DNA from: Squalus acanthias
Taxonomy: Eukaryota
Assembly (NCBI GenBank): GCA_030390025.1
Contig: JASTWF010000362.1
Coordinates: 186,001-250,000, forward strand
DNA length: 64,000 nucleotides
Direction: 5' to 3'
Below are positions 34,901-49,036 of the stretch, one piece after another (the first letter of the stretch is position 1; each line of letters starts with the position of its first letter). The notes below the pieces were generated by a model that searched no databases, had not been told where the DNA came from, and saw only the letters and a list, made by a program, of their open reading frames with translations. The translations under genes and the position numbers were made by a program.

Positions 34901-37334
34901 ATTAAAATGTTAAGATGGATTTTCTGTATTAGTCCTCAGTTAAGATCAAGGACTACTTCACAATGACAGCCGAGACCTCACAGGGTGACATTAGCGACAC
35001 TCCTGATTAAGTCCTGCTATTTTATTTCCCAAATTTTATAACTATAATCAAATATATAAAAATGATAATTCATCACAACACTGAAAAAAAAATAATGAAT
35101 TGGTAGCTCGCATTGGAGTAACAAATGTTAACAGTTCTGTCAACCTATGTCATACCTACTGTCTATTCCATGTTCAGCCTAACCACTTGGACCTAGTCTG
35201 TGTCTGGATCAGTTCCAAGTTTGCACACTTGAAAATGAGGGACTCAGTCAGTCAGAAGGACATCTACAGCTCTGCGGTGTGGAAGAACTGTTGCAGAGCT
35301 CAAGGGGGGTGGGGGCGCCATATTTAGTTGTGCGCGCGCGCCAGGATACTTTGGCGATCTTTCTCCGGACAGCTAACCTTTCAGCCGAGATACTGGTCTG
35401 GGTTCATTAACGATGCACACGAACTTAGAGCAGTACTCTGGATCAGTTCATCGGCAGCGAGAATGTTACCGACCGAAGTGGCCCCTGACCAGAATAACAC
35501 CGCAGGCAAGGGCCAGCTGGAATGTGCCACACAAATCAAGTTCAGTATCATATAGTCACAGTGCTAACTCCAACCCAGCAACGCTGTCAAACAGGCCAGC
35601 TTGCACCAACATATTTGATGGTTGCAAATAAGCGGAATTAAATCCTCCCCGCCGCATTTGATCATCACAATAGAGGGTGAATGTCAACCGAGGTCACTTA
35701 GCAGAACGTCCATTGTAGAATTTAAATCCTTGGATTCCAAATCACATTTTGACATGGGATTCAGTCCTTTACAGACAAATGGAGGACAAAATTCATGATA
35801 TTGCATGTGTGCTCGAGAACTATGTACAGTGGAGTGTAGTAATCTAAATACCAAAGATAAGGACAGTTCACCCTTAACAGGACTGTCTGCAGTAGCCCAT
35901 TAACACTGATGTTAAAGTTGCTAAGTTATTGCAGGTGCCCATGACTACATATGCACATTTATTTATTGTATTTATCCACATGCACTATACAGGTCATGAC
36001 TGAAAAGCATAGGTACTAACTTTTAACAAATGAGTATCTATTCCTTATTTGGTGTCATGCTCCTCCAGGAAAGGATTCTCACTTTGCAAAGTCAACAATT
36101 CCTCTCTTCTCGTGGTGTAGCAGTCACAGGAACCGCTGCGCTGGATTAGAACCACTGGTATTTTGCACTTGAAGAAAATATGTGAGCTAACTGCCGACTT
36201 AAATGGTTTAATTGTCTATTCTGGAAGTACAGCCACTACTCCATAATCCAGTCTCACTTGTTGTGGGCAACGTATATTGCATGAAGTAAAGTCTGCACAG
36301 TCAACAAACTCCAGGGATAGAATGACTTCAGTTTCCAAAGTTGCAGGCTAGCAAAAGTTGGAAATATTTAACAAAAAAAAAAAAAAATCGCTGCTACATG
36401 TCCAAGAAAAATAATACGTCCTATTGATATTTTGTGTTTATATAGCATTTCAATGGTGTATCCTTAATTCCACACATTTATGTCACATACTATGTAAATA
36501 AACAGGAAAACACTAATGCAATGAAATAATCTATCAAACAATTGTTAAAATTGGTTTCAACAACTGCCATTTCTCAAAGTTAAAATTCCGCTGTGACTGT
36601 AATTTAATACTGTTTAATATTCTGCTGCAGTCTTGAACATGTACAAAATTGGACACTTTCCAAACTGCTATCGTGGGACTTTCACCTGTTAGTCATTATG
36701 AAATTTGCACGTTGAAATGAACAAGGTCTCGATCATCCTTACTATCAGTACAACGTGCCCAAAACAAATATGAATGGATTATCGAGCGGCTGTATCTATT
36801 TGCATGGATGCCATAGAAATACACTACAGATTCCATCATATTTCTGATTTTTGTCCCCCATTCACAAAATAGCCGGTGACACGAAGTTAGGTCATGTTGT
36901 GACGTCAGGCGCACCATACTGTACAAAAAAGGAAAACATCGCAACATGCCAACAGTTGGAACTCAATACAACCGCTCTATCCAGCCAGCCTGCATCATTT
37001 CAAAAGGACACTCGCTTGCCTAAGTGGGGTGGAAATCCTGAATTCAACTGTGGCTATCGAATTAAGAGTTATTCTCTAATGAGAAGTACAAAAAAACCTC
37101 AAAGTTCACGTTACCTTGCTCTGGTATCAGTTTTACTCTCTGCTTTGTCAGATTGAGCAGCAAATGAAACATCAAATGTTTAAAAAAATGAAGTCTTAGC
37201 ATTCCAGAAATCCCGAGTCCTTTCTGATTTTAATATATAGATATATATCATTTTTTTTTAAACTGCAGGGGGGGGGGTTTCCTTATGCTTCCCCATCTTC
37301 CGCTTTTAATGCCATGGCGCTCAACTGGTCCAGT
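31930..37334 (-). other. PRRC2B: PRRC2B 3' UTR (~5.4 kb)
   Basis: Follows the stop codon; no recognisable interspersed repeat; ends at poly(A) signals. Confidence 0.7.
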
Positions 37335-37532
37335 TCAAACAGCTCTCTCCTGTGTCACAGCCTCGCCGGCTGGGTCCTGAATATTCGGTACGTTTAAGGT
37401 CGGGCTTTCTTCTCCATGATCTGCAATAGCAGCGCCTGGTTCAATTTTCTGGCCCAGGTTAGCAAGCTTCCCCTGCTGATGCTGTTCAAAGAACTTCTGG
37501 GTCAACTGCAGCACCTCTGCCCGCTGTTTAGC
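37335..37532 (-). CDS. PRRC2B: PRRC2B last coding exon
   Basis: Acceptor ttcaaaag|; AKQRAEVLQLTQKFFEQHQQ...ERAV then TGA at 37335-37337. Confidence 0.88.
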   Translation of the reverse strand, partial: AKQRAEVLQLTQKFFEQHQQGKLANLGQKIEPGAAIADHGEESPTLNVPNIQDPAGEAVTQERAV

Positions 37533-38437
37533 CTTTTGAAAATAAATTTAGGAGACTTTTAGTATTACCATTGTAAAAAAAAGTTCAGCCCACAACAGGA
37601 TTGACAGGGGAGATGGCTTTGAACCCGAATTCTTCTCCTTGGAATCACGTATTCTTAAATCTGGTCATTGACACAATGTCAGATGAAGATACACAATCGG
37701 CCTTTTGTCTCACAGTATTTTAAAAAGCTGACTGTAACTTGCCATACTCTATTCAAGTAGAGGACTCCCGTCTTACCAGAGCGGAATGTGGGCTGTTTAA
37801 TACTGCAACCCGTAAGGGAGAACAATCGTGGGAGCAATGTCCCACCTGCAAGCCGCGCGGCCTGCCTCCCCCAATGTGCGGCCCGTTCAGATTTTTGCGC
37901 ATGCCCGGTACCTACAATGGAAAAGCCGGTGAGCGGCCTGCGCAGGACCTTGCAGGTGACTGCGAGGTCACGTAGCTGCGCAGCTTAGCGGGAACATTGC
38001 TTGGAAGGACATTATTTTATCTGAATTCGGTAGGCTGCAAACATTTTCCGATTTCTACAACATGACAAGGAAGTACTCAATGTCTTTCCCGTCCCCACCC
38101 CCAATGAATTATGCCCCTCACCCCAATTTCCGCTCATGAAGCTCAGTAACTCGAGCTTTACGGCAGCCTTCCCGCGTCAGAAAGGAACTCATTTCACAGA
38201 GCAGTACTGGCCGTGCTCCATTTATCACATCCACACACTCTACATACAGCAACATTCAGGTCACACACTTCAGTGCGGCAGCTGTGATATACAAACATTT
38301 GTCTGGGGGACGGGGGAAAGAGTGAAGTCAGCAGGAGCACGAAGAAGGGTGTTTTCTTTTGAGAAAGTGGAGATGGGGTGGGAAGCGGGAAACAGAAAAG
38401 GTGCCCTGGAGTCTTTGTGACATTTACATTGGCTCAC

Positions 38438-38656
38438 CTTGAGATCCTCTTCTCCCCTTTCAGAGTTGCAAGCTCGAATTGCCGGTGCTGAATTCTCTCG
38501 AACGGAGCTGTGCATTCGAGTCGGGCGTACCGTGATGGGAGGTGCAATGGGGCCCTTGTTCATTTGCATTACGGGACGCTGAATTGGAGTAGGATAGGTG
38601 CCGACATTGGGAGGTCTCATGTGCATGATCATGTTGCCCTGGGGTGGGGGTGGCAT
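38438..38656 (-). CDS. PRRC2B: PRRC2B exon (219 nt, phase 0/0)
   Basis: Long pyrimidine tract + cag, donor gtgagc; MPPPPQGNMIMHMRPPNVG...RGEEDLK. Confidence 0.85.
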
Positions 38657-38869
38657 CTGAAGAGGGGGGAGGGGGGGGGGGGGGAACAAAAGAAAATTAA
38701 ATGCTTTTCAATAGTTAATACTAGATATTAACAGTTTACGAGACACATCTTTGTATTTCTAAAAATAAAATGTAATTGTGCCTGCTGTTCACGAACAAAT
38801 AATGTCAAATGTATTGGTAATATAAATCACGATTCTGATGGAAGCTAACAATCCATCTGTATGGATACA

Positions 38870-39258
38870 ACCAAGGAAGCCATTCGGCCCACTTTGCCTG
38901 TGCTGGATCTCGGAAAAAATTATCCACTTAGTCCCATTACCTACCCTTTCCCCAGAAACCATTAGTTTTTTTTCTATTTCAAATATTTATCCATTTCCCC
39001 TTTAAAAAATGTACTATTGAATCTGCTTCCACCGTCCTTTCAGGCAGAGCATTCCAGATCACAACAACTCGCTGCGTAAAAAAATGTTTTCTCATGTCGC
39101 CTCTGATTCTTTTGCCACACCTTAAATGTGTCTCCTCTGGTCACCGACCCACCCGCCACTGGAAACAGTTTCTCCTTATTTACTCTATCAAAACCATTCA
39201 TGTTTTTGAACACCTCTATCAAATCTCCTCTTAACCATCTCTGCTCTAAGGAGAACAA
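38870..39258 (-). mobile_element. CR1 LINE 3' fragment (minus)
   Basis: FSLEQRWLRGDLIEVFK; other minus copies at ~41960-43450 (degenerate) and ~61871-62122. Confidence 0.8.
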
Positions 39259-39669
39259 GTTGTCTACAGATCTTTTTGTTCCATCTCCTTTCCACTGTTT
39301 GGTGGTCTATAATAAACTCTCAATGGAATTACAGTTTCCTTCTTGTTCTATAATTCTAGGAAAACAGATTTAGCCTTTCCACCACTTGCCATAATGTCCT
39401 TACACTCCAGTGCTGTAACAGAATCTTTATTTAATACAGTCGCCCCATCTCCCTTAATTTTTACTCTATCCCTTCGATGAGGAACGTTCAGCTCACAGTT
39501 CTGCCCTAGCCTGAGCTTCATCTCCGTTAATATTTTTATATCATACACCTGCAGCAATTTGTGCCTCTGGCTCACCAATTTTATTCAGAATACTTTGCGC
39601 ATTCTGATGCTGCAAGTTTTATATTTTTACGTTCAAGTCAAACCGCCACCCACGGGCACAATCACAAAC

Positions 39670-39775
39670 CTGCTGGGCGTAGTGGCCCTGGATGGTTCCT
39701 GGTATATTCAGGCCCATTGTGTTAGCAGCTGGTCCAGGTCCAGAATTTTTCCCGCTTGGGCTTGTACAACTGGGT
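39670..39775 (-). CDS. PRRC2B: PRRC2B exon (106 nt)
   Basis: ag/gtttgt; RPSCTSPSGKNSGPG...IQGHYAQQ. Confidence 0.9.
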
Positions 39776-39803
39776 CTAAAATGAAGCACAATGTTAATAG
39801 GAA

Positions 39804-40155
39804 TGGTAGCATAGTAGTTATGTTACTGGAGACAAGAGTTCAAATCCCACCACGGCAGCTGGGGAATTTAAATTCAGCTGATTAAATAAATCTGGAATTA
39901 AAAAGCTAGTATCAGTAATGGTGACCAGGTAACTACCGGATTGTCGTAAAAACCGACCTGGCTCACTAATGTCCTTTTGGTGAAGGAAATCTGCCCTCCT
40001 TACCCAGTCTGACCTATATGTGACTCCAGACCCACAGCAATGTGGCTGACTCTTAACTGCCCTCTGAAATGGCCCAGCGAGCCACACAGTTGTACAGGGA
40101 TGGGCAGTAAGTGCTGGGCTTGCCAGCGACGCCCACATCCCGTAAATGAATAAAA
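39804..40155 (+). mobile_element. SINE-like element sharing its 3' end with the 10717-11040 LINE family
   Basis: GTTCAAATCC B-box-like head; tail GCCAGCGACGCCCACATCCC..ATGAATAAAA; reverse copies at ~17575-17870, ~27100-27310, ~52350-52480. Confidence 0.6.
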
Positions 40156-40825
40156 GAAAACACTCGAGCTCATTTTACAGATGGCGGACACTTTACCACC
40201 TTCGGTAAATTCAATTACGGATGATGTGTAAAACAGAGTTTTAATGGTTCACAAATGTGTCAACCCCGTGTTAATCTGATCAGGTCTTCATTTGGTCAAG
40301 TTACATTACACTGGTCAATTGTTCTAAAAAGGATACACACCCACTACATGTTTATATTTGGAGTAATCCCTCACCAGCTGCAGGTACAAATCTTTGGTTT
40401 TCATTTTTATTTTCTCCCCGTAAATGATGCTAAACTCTTTTCTCTCTGTGGATACCAGCAGCTGAATAACCACCCCATGAATATGTGCAGACAGGACTTG
40501 AACAAGTCAATAATATACTGTAATGAAGATTCATCACTCCATGTAGTCATTAGCATGGTTCAAATGCATCTCTTTTCCTTTTCCATAGATCTTAATTTCA
40601 CTTTAATTCTTTCTATGCAGGGAACCGCAGTCCCAAGCGTCAAAAAGCAGATTAGTTGACCTTGAGTTTATTGCATACGTTAGTAAACAGTTGCTCATCT
40701 TTAAGCATTAGATCCTGACAGAACCTATTTAAACCATGACCCTTTTTAAAAAACAAATTTGCACACTGCATTTAAAAAAAACCCCACAAAAATTCCCCTC
40801 GAAAGGTTTTAGAAAAGGTTGTTAC

Positions 40826-40917
40826 CTGAAGAGGTTTGGGACAGGACCTCCAGACATCCCAGAGGAAACCGGTTTGTTGTCTGTAAACTGAAATGCCTTA
40901 AGGTCCATTTGGGAAAT
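40826..40917 (-). CDS. PRRC2B: PRRC2B exon (92 nt)
   Basis: ag/gtaaca; ISQMDLKAFQFTDNKPVSSGMSGGPVPNLF. Confidence 0.9.
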
Positions 40918-41160
40918 CTATAAAAGGACAGACAGTATTAAAAGACTTTGAAATGACGCTAACTTTTATTCATGGCTGCATGTTTACATAAATATATCGC
41001 TCTGTAGCTTTAGTCATTCAAAATCATACAAGGTTGCCATTCAGCCCATCGTGCCTGTGCTAGCTCGACATTGGAGCGATCTACTCCAGTCCTTTGCTCG
41101 CTGCCTGCAACCGTTAATCTATTTCTTTAAGCATTTATTTAATTTCCTCTTAAATGTAAT

Positions 41161-41911
41161 GGGCCGTATTTTCCGATGCCTACGGGTGGGTACGAACTGT
41201 GTACACACCCGTAGGGGCATTGGAAATGCCGGTTTCAGGCATGCCAAGCGCATGCGCTGAAAACCGGCATTTCCGATCTGTCAAGAATGCTCGACAGATC
41301 GGACGCCTGCCCTGGAGAAGGGCCTCCGTGGGCGGATAGTTCCGCTTTCTGGAGAACCTCCGCCCGCTGAAAACCCTTAGAAATCTTATGCCTGGTAAAA
41401 GCAGAGGCGTAAGGCCTGCTTTTACCAGCATAAGAGTTGAAAAAAAGTTTAAATTTCCCCCCCACTCATTTATCATTTAAAAATACTTTTAAAAAAAGGT
41501 ACGTTTATCTTTAGCCCCATAAAAACATTAATTTTTTCTCAAAAAATTAATTTTTGTTTAAAATATTCATTGTAATTTCAACTCATTTTAAAAATGTGAT
41601 TTAAAAAAATGTATTTAATGTTTTACAGTGTTTTTTGGGGTGATCTCCATTCATATATTTGACAGGTCTATCTGTCAAGTGTACGAAGGGAGATTCCCTT
41701 CTTTTATAGGATCCCCATGGCCCACGTGATCCCAGGGACACTTGCGAACCCCGCCTGCGCCTCTGGGATATGTGGGTCCTGCGCATTTCGAGTTTGGAGA
41801 GGCCCAGGAACGGAAGTATAGGCACCTCGGGAGCCCTCAGGTAAGGGCGTAGATTTTTTCCAGATCGGAGGCCTCCGCACGCAGGACGCCTCCGATCGGA
41901 AAATACGGGCC
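41161..41911. mobile_element. PIF/Harbinger-like MITE
   Basis: TIRs GGGCCGTATTTTCCGAT / ATCGGAAAATACGGGCC; 3-bp AAT on both flanks; AT-rich centre. Confidence 0.75.
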
Positions 41912-43635
41912 AATGACTGATTTTGCTTCAATAGCCACTTGCATAGAAAAAAATAGAAGCGACAGTACAGAAACAGGCCATTCAGCCCAACTAGTCAGTG
42001 TCGGCATTTACACAGCATGTCAGCAAACAGTCCGAATCACTTTTATCTGCCCCGTCCTCATATCCCTTCATTCCATTTTCCTTCTTCACCTCTCCAATCT
42101 AATCTTGAATACAGACCCTAGTTTCTGCCTCAACCACGAACCCTGGAAGTGAATTCCACCACCTCACAAGTCTTGGCGTAAAGAAGTTTATCTCGCCCTT
42201 TGTGTTCAGTCTCTTGCATTTAACCTTGTACCGATGGCCCCTTGGCGCTGGACCTCGCAACCACTGGAAGAAAGTCTGCTTCTGTCTACCCCGTCACACC
42301 CTCTCATATTTTTGAACATTTTCCGTCGTATCACTTCGCAAACTGCATTGCTCCAACGAAAAAAAGCGCCACAATTTTTTCATGTCTTTTATCGCATTTA
42401 TGCTTCCTCATACCAGGCAGCTTCCTAGTGAATGTGGTTCTCGGGCAACGAGTGGAATATGGTGAGCACAGCCCCACTCAGCTGAACAAATGAAGAGGCA
42501 CATTGAAGGAGGACACCTAAGTTTTCCAAGTCTGCCATTGGAACTATAGCCTCTCATGCCTGTTATCATCCCAGTGAATTGTCCACGGCTTCAATATCCT
42601 TTCTATTAAGGGGTGTGCAAAATTTCAGACGGTATCACAACTGTGGCCTAACCAAACTCCCTGATCCAGTACTCGATTCTGCTGCATAAAAAACAAAAAT
42701 CCCATTTGCCCTTTATAATTGCTCTTTCCACCTGCAATCCTGCTTTTAAAGATCTGTGTGTCTATATTCCAAGAACTCTCCTCTCACATTGAGTTTTGCC
42801 TTTAGGATGTGTTGCCATTTGCTCTTCTTCCCACCCCCCCAAAAATGTACAACTTCATACTTAACTATGTAGAACCCCATTTACCACATATCTGCCCACT
42901 CCCCTAACTTGCCTATGTCTTCCTGCAGTGTCCTGCATTCTTCCTGACAGTTTGCCACGCTCCCTAATTTGGTATTGTCATCAATTATTGATATTATTCC
43001 ATCTATGCCCACGTTCAAACTGGATGTATATGGAGGATGAGAGGACCCCTAATGCAGATTTTCAAGAAAAATTTACTCTTACTCGCTGCTTCAGCCAACT
43101 ATCTATCCATGTCGCTACTTCAGTTTTAATATCACGGGCCTGAAACTTCACAAGTCTCTTCTGTGGTACTTCATCAAACCTTTTTTAATAGTTTAAATAT
43201 ACCAGGTCCCTTGCATTCCCATTGGCTATATGTTTGGTAAACTTTCTTGCAGAATTCAATCAGATTCATAATCTGTCCTTTACAAATCTGTCCCAGATGA
43301 GCCTCATCTCTTTCTAAGTTAACCCTTAATTTAGTTTCTAGCATTTTTCCATCCAATAATATGAGACGAACTGGGCTTTTGTTACCTGGCTAAACCCTTT
43401 CCAAACAGGGTGTAACATTCACCATCCTCCAACTCTTTGGCACAATTCTTGTTCACAACAGATTTGGGATTACGGTTAGTACCTGTGCTAAATTAGATAG
43501 ATGGTCGAAGGAAAGGGGAATAAAGGGATATGGCAACAGAGCAGGCACAAGGGATTAGGATACTGCTTGCGGGGAGGATAAACACCAACAGTGACTGGGT
43601 GGGCCAAATGGCTTGTTTCTGCGTTGCCATTTCTA

Positions 43636-43947
<312 letters not shown>

Positions 43948-44114
43948 TTATATGCAACACTATAGGACTATGTGATGCACTGCGAAAATACACTAGCGTT
44001 CAATGGTCCCTGTCATTTTTTTTTGGCCCACGCAGCCCTTTTAACAAAAGTAAAAACTCCAGGTGGATTTTTTTTTGAAGATTCCTATTGAAATAAAAAT
44101 GTACATTTTTGCTA

Positions 44115-44399
<285 letters not shown>

Positions 44400-44716
44400 T
44401 TAACTGCACTTCTCTCTCTAGACACACAAGAAATAAAAAACAGTTGACTGGAACCTTCAATAAATCAAACACTCAGGTGGAATTAATATTTTCTTGATAT
44501 CTCAATTATCACAATTAGCTTCAATCCAACTTTAAAGCATGCTAAATACTGAAAAAAAGAGGCATTGTAAAACCTGAGGCATCTTTTAATTTGTGCGTAA
44601 GAAATTAAATGTAACTTGTGCTACAATATCGCCCGTGCAAATTTATTGAGCAACTGAAAAAATACTTTGTGTTCGTTTATATAAAACAGAATTGCTGGAG
44701 AGGTTCGGCAATTTTA

Positions 44717-44872
<156 letters not shown>

Positions 44873-45153
44873 CTAAAGACAGGCGAGAAAAATCATCAGC
44901 TGTGATAACGAACGCAACTGCATCCAAGTCAAAATGGACAACTCCCCCCCCACCACCCCCGTGAAGAGGTTAAGTTTCACTACATTCAGTCACGCTGCAA
45001 GTACTGGTGTCTGTCAGTTTATACAGTACCTCACTATAACTCGCTGAACAGCAACACCTCAATAGTGCCAGTGTTTCAGAACAACGGCACATTCAGACTA
45101 GGGCAGCAGACCTTGGCACTCACCGCTATTACTGCAAAGTTTTTCAAAACTCA

Positions 45154-45498
<345 letters not shown>

Positions 45499-45748
45499 TT
45501 AGGGCAGGTGACCAAAAACTTGGTCAAAGAGGTAGGTTTTAAGGAGGATGAATTATGAACAAAAAGATGTTTTCTTAAAACGGGATCGTCTTACTGTGAG
45601 TGAATGCGAAACTCTCGCTCCCCACAACTATTGGAAATCTGACGCACTAATGGAAGCATTACACTTCATCTAGTTACACACACCAAAACAATAGAGCAGG
45701 ACATTCCTTTACACAAAGCAGCTCGGCTTGTAAAGCATTTCCACTTAC

Positions 45749-45870
45749 GTATAAAGTATTGGATCGTTTTCAGTTGTGAAGTAAACTGTGCGTATTTTAC
45801 AAATAGAATCCGGGGAAATCTGTACTGTACTCCAGAAAATGGGAATCATCATGTCTGGGAGTAAGTACAT
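45749..45870 (-). other. PRRC2B: Candidate PRRC2B poison (PTC-containing) cassette exon, 122 nt
   Basis: Acceptor actcatcag|, donor AC|gtaagt; in the incoming phase-1 frame it reads DVLTPRHDDSHFLEYSTDFPGFYL* (TAA 45797-45799). Confidence 0.5.
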
Positions 45871-46211
45871 CTGATGAGTAAATTTAGCAGCTTTTTAAAA
45901 AGCAAGCAAATATGTTTGCTTTAATTGCACGTCTTTAATGTGCATGATTTACTCTGATCATCCAACAGGAATCAGTCACCGACAGGCAACCTTTAGTTGG
46001 TGGGATCCAAGGTGCTACTTTGCCATGACCATTGACATATCGACGGTAATCTGATGGGACATACTCTACCAGAGCAAGCACATATCAATCTTCCCCACCT
46101 CCCTGAAAATGACTGATCCATTTAATGATCGGGATCACTATCCAAAGCTGTCTTTTAAGATAACCAAAAGGCAGGCACTGATCCCAATTAGCACAAACAA
46201 TCAAGACGTCA

Positions 46212-46436
<225 letters not shown>

Positions 46437-48417
46437 TCAGGGAGGTTGGCCCATAGCTAAAACAGCAACGCTGCCTTCATTCAAATACCATAGCACTCAT
46501 CCATCAGGTATTAATTGGACAGACTCCGACAGCTTCAGAAAATAACCATGTCTGCTGAACGGAGAACTGATCAGCTCAGCAGGCAAGAATGAGTTACAAG
46601 TTTCATTCACTCGCGGAGTGGAAGCAAAAATAACCCATTTGAACCTTGTACTAGGAAGTCACCGACAAGCCAACAAAACTCCTTCATACAGAAGAGGGAA
46701 AAGATTAAACTCCAAACAAGTAGATTGACCATTCTGACAATTTATATAGGTTAAAAATTGACACAGGCATCAGTTAGAAACAGTCAGATCTTCGCAGCTA
46801 GTTCATTTTAACTTGGCACCTTATTAATTCAACACACTCAATTAATTATGACGCTGCGAAAAACTTATTCAAAAATCTGAAACTTTTTACTCCATAGCTT
46901 CCCCTGAATTGGCCACAATATTTCATTGCTGTCTTTTTGCCTCTCCAAGGAGATAGTGCTGCTCGGTGTTGGGTGAAAGGTGTGTGAGGTTGCACCGTTG
47001 ACTGGGTGGGGTGAGCTTGTTGGGCCCGATGGCCTCTTTTTGTCCTTTTAAGAGCTATCCACCATGATGAGGCAAAATCCACTTACAACGAGGTTGGGGG
47101 GAGTCCAGAACAAGGAGGCATAACCTTAAAATTCGAGCCAGGCCATTCAGGGGTGATGTCAGGAAGCACTTCTTCACACAAAGGGTGGTGGAAATCTGGA
47201 ACTCTCTGCCCCAAAAAGCTGTTGAGGCTGGGGGGGCGTCAATTGAAAATTTCAAAACTGAGATTGACATATGTTTGTTAGGGAAGGGTATTAAGGGATA
47301 CAGAACCAAGGCGGGTAAATGGAATTAAGTAAAGATCAGTCGTGATTTAATTGAATGGCGGAACAGGTTTGAGGGGCGGAATGGCCTACTCCTATTCCTA
47401 TAAGAGCACTAAGAACAGCCCTTTGTATACGTCAGGCCCATGTAACCCAATCAAGATAAATTAGTGAGTAAGAAATTAAAGCAAAAATAGAATTGTGGTG
47501 CCTGGGCTGGATTGTCAGGGCCCATAGGCCTCATATGGCCTGTCTTGTAGTTTGGGCACCCCAAGGTTAATATAAACAGACACATGGCAGATGCAATTTA
47601 ATGCGGATAAGTGTGAAGCGATGCACTTTGGGAGAAACAACATGGAGACACCAAGTATAATCTAAAACATACTATTTTGAAGTGGGCGCAAGAGTAGAGG
47701 GACCTGGGGTTTTCTATTCACAAATCTTTGAAGGTGGCAGGGCAAGTTGATAAGGCAGTTAAACTTGGCTGTGTGAATAGGGGCATTGAATAGAAAAACA
47801 AGGAAGTCATGCTAAACCTTTACAAATCTCTGTCTAGGCCTCAGCTGGAATATTGTGTTCAATTATGGGTATCACACTTTTAGGAAGAATGTCAAGGCCT
47901 TGGAGAGGGTACAGAGGAGGTTTAACCAGGATGATACCAGGGATGAGTGAATTCAGTTACATGGAGAGATTGGAGAAGATGGGATTGTTCTCCTTAGAGC
48001 AGAGAAGGTTAAGGGGAGACCTAATAGAGGTGTTCAAAATTATAAGGGGTTTTGATAGAGCAAGTAGGGAGAAACTGTTTCCTCTGGAAAGTGGGTCAGT
48101 AACCAGAAGTCATAAATTTAAAATAATTTGCAAAAGAACGAGAAGGGAAATGAGGAGAAATTATTTGACAGAGGGTTGTTATAATCTGGAACGCGCTACC
48201 TGAAACGGTGGTGGAATCAGATTCCATAGGAACTTTCAAAAGACAACTGGACCTGCATTTGAAGAGAACTAATTTGCAGGGGAGTGGGACTAAATTAGAC
48301 AGCTCTTTCAAAGAGCCGGCACAGGCACGATGGGCTGAATGGCCTCCTCCTGTGCTGTAAGATTCTATGACTTTAAGGATCAGTGATCAGGTGGAGCAGA
48401 CTTGCGCTTCAACCTAC

Positions 48418-48519
48418 CTTTAAAGTGAGGTCGGTGCTTGGAAGAGACACTGGAGTGAGGTTGGGACCCTGTTGCAGATGCTCCCTTCGTAGAATAGGGA
48501 TTGACTGGCTCAGCGTAAC
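48418..48519 (-). CDS. PRRC2B: PRRC2B exon (102 nt)
   Basis: ag/gtaggt; VTLSQSIPILRREHLQQGPNLTPVSLPSTDLTLK. Confidence 0.93.
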
Positions 48520-49036
48520 CTGGAAAACAAGAGCCTGGCATTAAATAAGGGAGGTGGACCCATCTTTGCACCATCACTTGGGTTTCTTGAAGTGTTAACA
48601 GCTAGAGAAAAATGTTACAAGAATAGATTTACCTCAGCTTATAATATTGACAAACAGTAACAGTTCAGAGAAATCCCAGATTACCCAAGGGTTGCTCGAT
48701 GGATTCCCAGACATGAACTTGACATAATTTACCCATTTTTAAGTAAAACTCCAAGTAACTGGCACATTTGTTCCTTCTACTTTGATTTAGTAGAATGACT
48801 GCATTCAGAAATTTTAAAATAACATTTATTATAAGAGAACAAGTTGCATGTGGAGCTTTCAGAAAGGTTGAGGGGAATGGTGTTTAAGACAAGTCATGAA
48901 AAGTTATACAATTTTAAGACACATTGATCAGATTTAAATACTACAAATGAGTTTTCATATTTGCTCCCAAAGCTTGTTGTTAGATCAGGAGGATGGGAAA
49001 TCTGATGCAGCGGCACCTCCAGTGTACAGTACTCAC

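Noticed and set aside
37335..37337. TGA as selenocysteine or programmed readthrough
   Set aside because: The context is TGA-ACT rather than TGA-CTAG, I recognised no SECIS, and the downstream motif is also frameshifted.
45769..45852. Box C/D snoRNA reading of the poison-exon segment (ATGATGA ... CTGA on minus)
   Set aside because: No terminal stem and no guide I can match to rRNA, while splice sites bracket the segment well. Not fully excluded without a covariance search.
46495..46620. Possible second intronic snoRNA (hairpin plus CTGA about 105 nt upstream of an acceptor)
   Set aside because: No proper C box, no SNORD62 guide, and no clear H/ACA layout.
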